Shown piece by piece: positions 57,845 through 64,000 of a DNA stretch of 64,000 nt (within the stretch, counting starts at the first letter, position 1; each line of letters opens with the position of its first letter). The notes below the pieces were generated by a model that was not told the origin of the DNA, searched no databases, and worked only from the letters and a program-made list of their open reading frames with translations. Location of the stretch: NCBI GenBank assembly GCA_000146045.2, contig BK006946.2, positions 608,001 to 672,000 of the forward strand, in the 5' to 3' direction. This DNA is from TPA_inf: Saccharomyces. Taxonomy: Eukaryota. Position numbers and translations under genes: made by a program.

Positions 57845-59044
57845 TTAAATGTCAATTTCTTCAGTTTCTAGCCCGCAGTCTGTACATCTTCTTCTTTGAA
57901 TTTGATAACCGTCTTCATCAATACCTCCATCAACTGGATCACTAAAATGATGAATATGGGCTTTCCCATGCTTCTTTTCTCTTAATCTATTAGTATATTC
58001 TTGAGCTCTTGTTTTCAGTCGCATTTCCTTGATTTTCTTTTCGTATTTTTTCTCCCTTCTGTGAGCCTTTCCTTCTTCACGACGTTGCCATTCCTCATCT
58101 AAACCTTCTTCTCCACCCCATTTCTTGAACGCAAAGGCTTCCACTTCACATCTAACAAATAGTTGCATTCTTGCAAATGTCCCCGAATGAGGGTTCGGCT
58201 TTTCTAGTCTATGAAAGAGATCCTCATCATTCAATTCGGGGTCTGTTAAAAAGTAATCTTCCTTACATTCTGTTTTCGTCAGTAGTGCATACTTTTCTGG
58301 ATGCTCCTTAGAACACTGTTTACAAACTTGTAACTTGAACACATCATGTAGCACAGGATCCATCTCAATATTAATATGACATTCAATACATTTCGGCGCC
58401 TTTGAAATATGCTCTGGAGGAGGTGCATTTTCGTACAGCATTTTCCGTTCAAGTTGTTCCTTTTTCCAGTCCTGTAGTGTCTTCTGCTTTTTAGATCCAA
58501 ACTCAGATTCAAATTCTTGGTCATCGGTAAAGTCAGAATTTGGAAGCTTGTCCTTAGGGTTGATATAACCACCATTCAAGTTCTGCATGGTGGCAAAATC
58601 GTACTCAATGTAATCTTGTTTCCTTATGCTAGGTCTGATTCTATCCGTTGGCCTTTTGTCGAGTACCGACGCATCCCTTTTACTTCCATCAACTACTCCG
58701 CTACCATAAAGTGAAGTAGTGTTAGTGTTAGTGTTAGCAAGCGCAGACGGTTGTCCATTATGATTTGGCACATGTACTGCGGCTGCTGCATTATCATCCC
58801 GATTGCTGCCACTAGTAACTGCGAGAGGCCGGGTTTTTAAAGGTTCATTCCTACTTTCTATTCGATTCAATTGGTCGCTACTCAGTATTCCCCTTTTTCT
58901 TAACCGTTCTATTGCTAATTTCCTGTTAGCCTCCTGCACAGCTCATCTCATCGTTAAATTGTTAGTAAAAAGAAACCCACGGTTAAAATACAAACACAGA
59001 ATCATTTTCACACATACTAGTTTGGCCTTTTGTTCGGGAGTCAT
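57845..59044 (-). CDS. RAD14: RAD14 (YMR201C), XPA-family NER damage-recognition protein, 371 aa, two exons on the minus strand. Exon 1 is 59044-59018 (ATGACTCCCGAACAAAAGGCCAAACTA = MTPEQKAKL). The intron is 59017-58934 (84 nt; GTATGT…TACTAAC…GCAG). Exon 2 is 58933-57845.
   Basis: The ORF track shows only exon 2, from a GTG pseudo-start. Hand splicing gives MTPEQKAKL|EANRKLAIERL…. XPA zinc finger CIECH…CKQC present. Total length 371 aa. Confidence 0.9.
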
Positions 59045-59202
59045 AGCGTTACGTTCGATACCTTCACTACGAAGATCCAAACTCTTTTTCTAGTTCCGAT
59101 AAATTCCTTACCTTCTTTTCACTTTCCTCTTTTCTCCCTACAACTTAGCAAACGTCAAACATGCTGTAGATAGAGCTTCTATAGAAGTACAGTTATTCAA
59201 AC

Positions 59203-59219
59203 AAAAAAAAAAAAAAAAA
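59203..59219. repeat. A17 homopolymer in the RAD14/ERG2 divergent promoter.
   Basis: Read directly. Confidence 0.95.
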
Positions 59220-59536
59220 CAAGGGTTGTGGAGTATGCCACTAGCAGTCTGCTATGTTGATTCTGCTTATTATCAACGAAGTATCCCATTATGATCTTAT
59301 GCAATGCACATTCCTGCCCTTACGCTCCAGGGCAGAATCGAACCACGGCCCTCGTATAAGCCGCAAGGAAAACTACCGGTGCTATCGTTCTCGTTTGGAT
59401 GATTTTCAGTATGGAAGAATTTGGATAGATCTGCAGCGCCATGGTATATAAGAGAAAGAAGCGGTAACGTTTGACACTGGGTTCAGATCTCTCTTGTCGC
59501 TCAATCAAACTAAGACTAGCCCAGACCATTATAGCC

Positions 59537-60205
59537 ATGAAGTTTTTCCCACTCCTTTTGTTGATTGGTGTTGTAGGCTACATTATGAACGTATTGTTCA
59601 CTACCTGGTTGCCAACCAATTACATGTTCGATCCAAAAACTTTGAACGAAATATGTAACTCGGTGATTAGCAAACACAACGCAGCAGAAGGTTTATCCAC
59701 TGAAGACCTGTTACAGGATGTCAGAGACGCACTTGCCTCTCATTACGGGGACGAATACATCAACAGGTACGTCAAAGAAGAATGGGTCTTCAACAATGCT
59801 GGTGGTGCGATGGGCCAAATGATCATCCTACACGCTTCCGTATCCGAGTACTTAATTCTATTCGGAACCGCTGTTGGTACTGAAGGGCACACAGGTGTTC
59901 ACTTTGCTGACGACTATTTTACCATCTTACATGGTACGCAAATCGCAGCATTGCCATATGCCACTGAAGCCGAAGTTTACACTCCTGGTATGACTCATCA
60001 CTTGAAGAAGGGATACGCCAAGCAATACAGCATGCCAGGTGGTTCCTTTGCCCTTGAATTGGCTCAAGGCTGGATTCCATGTATGTTGCCATTCGGGTTT
60101 TTGGACACTTTCTCCAGTACTCTTGATTTATACACTCTATATAGAACTGTCTACCTGACTGCCAGGGACATGGGTAAGAACTTGTTGCAAAACAAAAAGT
60201 TCTAA
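59537..60205 (+). CDS. ERG2: ERG2 (YMR202W), C-8 sterol isomerase, 222 aa. Start at the internal Met [11 protein letters not shown]….
   Basis: N-terminal TM anchor then a sigma-receptor-like domain. Length matches 222 aa from the Met at 59537. Confidence 0.9.
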
Positions 60206-60255
60206 GCTGCCCGACCTCACGAAATCAGTCATGCGGTAGTCCATTATAATATAAC

Positions 60256-60300
60256 TATTATTATTATTACTATTACTATTATTATTATTATTATTATTAT
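60256..60300. repeat. Imperfect (ATT)n trinucleotide repeat, about 15 units, in the ERG2 3' flank.
   Basis: Read directly: attattattattactattactattattattattattattat. Confidence 0.9.
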
Positions 60301-60491
60301 CTATTGTTTATATTCTCTTTAGCTTTTTATCACCTACGACGACGGATATATTCGGCGTTTGCAAAAAGTGAAAAAGGCGTCTTTTGGTGGACATGAACTC
60401 AATCTTCAATTCTTTGAAAGCGGTGTATGCGTATAAGGCCTTTTAACCATCGTGCAAAACAATAAAAGACTACCAATAACCGACGTGAATC

Positions 60492-61655
60492 ATGTCTGCA
60501 CCAACTCCATTAGCAGAGGCCTCTCAAATTCCCACTATCCCGGCCCTTTCTCCTTTGACTGCGAAGCAATCCAAGGGGAATTTCTTCTCCTCAAACCCAA
60601 TATCTAGCTTTGTTGTGGATACGTACAAACAATTGCATTCTCACAGACAATCTTTGGAGCTGGTCAATCCCGGTACCGTGGAAAACCTGAATAAGGAAGT
60701 CTCCCGTGACGTGTTTTTGTCTCAGTATTTTTTCACCGGGCTAAGAGCTGATTTGAATAAGGCATTTTCCATGAATCCTGCTTTTCAAACCTCACACACT
60801 TTCTCTATAGGTTCCCAAGCATTGCCTAAGTACGCATTCTCCGCATTGTTTGCCAACGATAACCTATTTGCTCAAGGTAATATCGACAACGATTTATCTG
60901 TTTCCGGTAGATTAAACTATGGTTGGGATAAGAAAAACATTTCTAAGGTCAACCTACAGATATCAGATGGCCAACCAACAATGTGTCAGTTAGAACAAGA
61001 CTATCAGGCTTCCGATTTTTCTGTGAACGTAAAGACATTGAACCCTTCGTTCTCTGAGAAGGGCGAATTCACAGGTGTTGCTGTTGCATCTTTTCTACAA
61101 AGTGTTACTCCTCAATTAGCTTTAGGTTTAGAAACTTTATACTCCAGAACTGACGGTAGCGCTCCAGGTGATGCTGGTGTTTCATACTTGACTCGTTATG
61201 TCTCCAAGAAGCAAGATTGGATTTTTTCGGGCCAATTGCAAGCCAACGGTGCTTTAATTGCATCGCTATGGAGAAAAGTAGCACAAAATGTCGAGGCAGG
61301 TATCGAAACTACATTACAAGCTGGTATGGTTCCTATTACTGATCCATTGATGGGCACTCCAATTGGTATTCAACCTACTGTCGAGGGTTCTACCACTATT
61401 GGTGCTAAGTATGAATACAGACAATCTGTATATCGTGGTACATTAGATTCCAATGGTAAGGTTGCATGTTTTCTAGAAAGAAAAGTTCTGCCAACTCTGT
61501 CCGTTTTATTTTGCGGTGAAATCGATCATTTCAAGAACGATACCAAGATTGGTTGCGGTCTACAATTTGAAACTGCTGGTAATCAAGAATTACTAATGTT
61601 ACAACAAGGTTTAGACGCAGATGGTAACCCATTGCAAGCTCTTCCTCAATTGTGA
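60492..61655 (+). CDS. TOM40: TOM40 (YMR203W), mitochondrial outer-membrane translocase beta-barrel channel, 387 aa.
   Basis: 387-aa porin-like ORF MSAPTPLAEASQIPTIPALSPLTAKQSKGNFF…. Confidence 0.95.
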   Translation: MSAPTPLAEASQIPTIPALSPLTAKQSKGNFFSSNPISSFVVDTYKQLHSHRQSLELVNPGTVENLNKEVSRDVFLSQYFFTGLRADLNKAFSMNPAFQTSHTFSIGSQALPKYAFSALFANDNLFAQGNIDNDLSVSGRLNYGWDKKNISKVNLQISDGQPTMCQLEQDYQASDFSVNVKTLNPSFSEKGEFTGVAVASFLQSVTPQLALGLETLYSRTDGSAPGDAGVSYLTRYVSKKQDWIFSGQLQANGALIASLWRKVAQNVEAGIETTLQAGMVPITDPLMGTPIGIQPTVEGSTTIGAKYEYRQSVYRGTLDSNGKVACFLERKVLPTLSVLFCGEIDHFKNDTKIGCGLQFETAGNQELLMLQQGLDADGNPLQALPQL

Positions 61656-62062
61656 AAATCTTCCCTTGGCTTTTTTATGGTTGAATAAATAATCATTGTT
61701 TTTATCTTTCCTATGCTTTTTTTTTATTAATTTGTGTAACGACTTCTCCCTCCAGCATACGCTCCCAGACTTTTTTGTTTTTGTTTTAATATAAATAATT
61801 ATGTATATACGTGGGCACCAAGTTGAGGGGGAATTCCTTGTTTATAGTTATGATACGTCTCATATCCTTGTCCTTACTTTCACAATGGTCTAAAATAAAA
61901 GACAAGAAAACAAAACTGCAAATATATTAAATTCTATTTTTCTTTTTTAGAAGAAGCTATTAATAATAGATCAAATGTTCCAGCCATTTATATTCACATT
62001 GTATACTCCTTCACTTTGGTTTACACCTACATTCATTTGTGCAGTTATGCTTTGAACTTCAT

Positions 62063-63325
62063 TCAAAGGTCGCCAAGACCAGATATGGATCTCCTCTGAA
62101 ATCTTCTATGCCTGTCCTGCAGATACGGGGGAGAGTCGATAAAAGGGTATGAACTATATCTTTTGTTTTGCTGTTTCGAATGAATACTTGGGGCTGCTAT
62201 TGGAATATTCAGTACAGGAGCGGTTCGTCTGATAGCATTTTTGAAAGCTTCATTTATGGAGATTGACACGGCATCGGTAGGGTCGCTCGGATAGAGAAAG
62301 CTTGCATTTAGATTAGAGCAAGTGTTCGATATCACGGAGAAGCTATTATCTGTACATCCTTGTTCGTATTCTTCATCCAGCAAGTAATTAAGGTCGTCAT
62401 CATCATAATTATCATCATCATCATCGTTATCATCATCATTATTAATTATTTCAGTATTGGGGGGCTCTATGTCCGAAGTAGGCGGCAGTTTGAATTTATC
62501 GCTCAAAGACTCATTATTCCCAATAGTAGCTCCTTCATTAATATGCGAAAATTGGCAAATTTTGCTAATGACGTTTTCAAAAGCTTTCACACTATTTTCC
62601 AACTCTGATTGGGATTGACTAATCAAAGGTAGAAATTCGATTTCCCAGTACCGTTCCGGATTATAAAAGCTAATAAAGTATTTGAAACCTGCGCCATTTA
62701 GCCTTGTTATTTGTAGTTTGGGTAGTACTGGATGCACAATATCACCATGTCGTCCTATCGATAAATAGTTTACTACATGCCCATCATGACTACTAGCTTT
62801 ACTAGATTTTTGAAAGGGCGCTATATTTTCCTTTAACTTATCAAACCCTGTACATATCTGATATATTTCAATAGGTCCTTTTGCCATTAAAGATGTAGGT
62901 TTTAACTTAATAGTGTTTTGACTGTCTTGACTTTGCGTATCATTGAAGAATACTCCACTACTTTCAGTGACATTATTTGCGGATACTTGGGAATTTCTAC
63001 GAATGCAACTGCTATTCGGAATATCATTATGAATGGGAACGAATGAATTCATAACCTGAACATTGCCATAGGTAAACAATGAAAATCTCTGAGTTGATAT
63101 TCTTTTCCTTTGTGTTCCGGTTTTCTTCGAGGACGTGCCATTTTTTTTGGCTTTAACAGATTTATTTGTATCGTTTGAGTGTTGGGTCGAATCCTGTTTC
63201 AACTTTTTATTGTTGCTAAGTTTAAGTGACTGTTTTAAAGTTTGAAACGTAGATTGAGGTTTCTTTTCTTGTTTTGCCGTTAATCTCACGCTATTTTTCT
63301 TTGTTTCTCCCCTTGATAAAACCAT
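62063..63325 (-). CDS. INP1: INP1 (YMR204C), peroxisome inheritance/retention protein, 420 aa.
   Basis: 420-aa ORF at the expected position, with an Asp/Asn-rich acidic tract. Confidence 0.85.
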   Translation of the reverse strand: MVLSRGETKKNSVRLTAKQEKKPQSTFQTLKQSLKLSNNKKLKQDSTQHSNDTNKSVKAKKNGTSSKKTGTQRKRISTQRFSLFTYGNVQVMNSFVPIHNDIPNSSCIRRNSQVSANNVTESSGVFFNDTQSQDSQNTIKLKPTSLMAKGPIEIYQICTGFDKLKENIAPFQKSSKASSHDGHVVNYLSIGRHGDIVHPVLPKLQITRLNGAGFKYFISFYNPERYWEIEFLPLISQSQSELENSVKAFENVISKICQFSHINEGATIGNNESLSDKFKLPPTSDIEPPNTEIINNDDDNDDDDDNYDDDDLNYLLDEEYEQGCTDNSFSVISNTCSNLNASFLYPSDPTDAVSISINEAFKNAIRRTAPVLNIPIAAPSIHSKQQNKRYSSYPFIDSPPYLQDRHRRFQRRSISGLGDL

Positions 63326-63886
63326 ACCACTTTGTTTAATTTCCTGAGAGTTATCAGACGAAAAATGTAGACCTTGTATCCTTCATAGGTGAAGGAATAC
63401 TTCCTCCGTAATAAGGTAATTTAAAGTTCATAGTTCATTCACTCTTTTTGTTTACATCTCCGTTCTTCGTGATAAGTTCATAGATAATAAGAGAACAAAG
63501 TATTTAACGCACATGTATAAATATTGTATTAAAAGGGTACCTTTATAAATATGAGATCCGAGGGACGTTTATTGGAATTATCTTTTAAATCGTCTATATC
63601 ACATATTCCAGTATACATAAGTTTTAATTTTAGAAAACGTTTAAATAAACAAAGAGAAAAAAAATAAGACACAAAAAATAACAGTATCTTTATTCTTGAC
63701 ATTCATAAAAATGCATGATAATATTGGTTTCATGGGGTAGTACTTGTATTATTAAAAGAAAGGAACAAAAAATTCATTGTTCAAAAGCTTAGAGATAAAA
63801 AAAAAGAATTATAGACACAAAAGAAAAACATGGGTTAACATTAATTGACATTAATAATAGAAAGTGTAATAAAAGGTCATTTTCTT

Positions 63887-64000
63887 TTAATCAACTCTCT
63901 TTCTTCCAACCAAATGGTCAGCAATGAGTCTGGTAGCTTGCCAGTGAATGACCTTTGGCATTCTCATGGAAACTTCAGTTTCATAGTCATACAATTGTCT
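63887..64000 (-). CDS. PFK2: 3' end of PFK2 (YMR205C), phosphofructokinase beta subunit. Partial CDS ending …RLIADHLVGRKRVD* with the stop complement at 63887-63889.
   Basis: Minus-strand frame open to the window edge. C-terminal peptide consistent with PFK2. Synteny. Confidence 0.65.
   Translation of the reverse strand, partial: RQLYDYETEVSMRMPKVIHWQATRLIADHLVGRKRVD

Noticed and set aside
59321-59340. tRNA-like T-loop string GGTTCGATTC on the minus strand
   Set aside because: Attempted tRNA folding gives a T-stem with two G-U wobbles and one mismatch, no matching 7-bp acceptor stem, and no D-arm consensus. Not a tRNA. No other tRNA hallmark (GGTTCGAATCC-type) was found anywhere in the window.

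Overview
This window matches a well-annotated stretch of Saccharomyces cerevisiae chromosome XIII, running from the 3' end of HOT1 (YMR172W) to the 3' end of PFK2 (YMR205C). I identified it from diagnostic protein translations: DDR48 SYGSNNDD repeats, the HSC82 Hsp90 N-terminus, the SGS1 RecQ helicase, GCV2, TOM40, CLN1 and RPL36A. Gene order and protein lengths agree with the known map: HOT1', DDR48, PAI3, SIP18, ECM5, MMT1, YMR178W, SPT21, CTL1, YMR181C, RGM1, SSO2, ADD37, RTP1, HSC82, YMR187C, MRPS17, GCV2, SGS1, SPG5, GYL1, MRPL24, RPL36A, CMC4, ICY1, YMR196W, VTI1, CIK1, CLN1, ROT1, RAD14, ERG2, TOM40, INP1, PFK2'. Three genes are intron-containing and only partly captured by the ORF track. 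I reconstructed their splice structures by hand: RPL36A (16-nt exon 1), CMC4 (40-nt exon 1, on the minus strand, missed entirely by the track) and RAD14 (27-nt exon 1). Gene density is about 70% coding on both strands, typical of yeast. I see no CRISPR array, no Ty or LTR element, no convincing tRNA, and no prokaryote-style operon or defence island. I do not find evidence for a new, undescribed system here. The points worth a second look are small-scale: the DDR48 repeat array, the DDR48-PAI3-SIP18 stress mini-cluster with STRE motifs, the CMC4 non-consensus 5' splice site, several promoter motifs (TGACTC, PRE, HSE, MCB, Rap1), microsatellite and homopolymer tracts, a perfect hairpin in the RAD14/ERG2 divergent promoter, an in-frame stop-free extension upstream of SPG5, and the still-uncharacterised large protein YMR196W. 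All gene symbols are recalled from memory of the S288C annotation. No database search was run.
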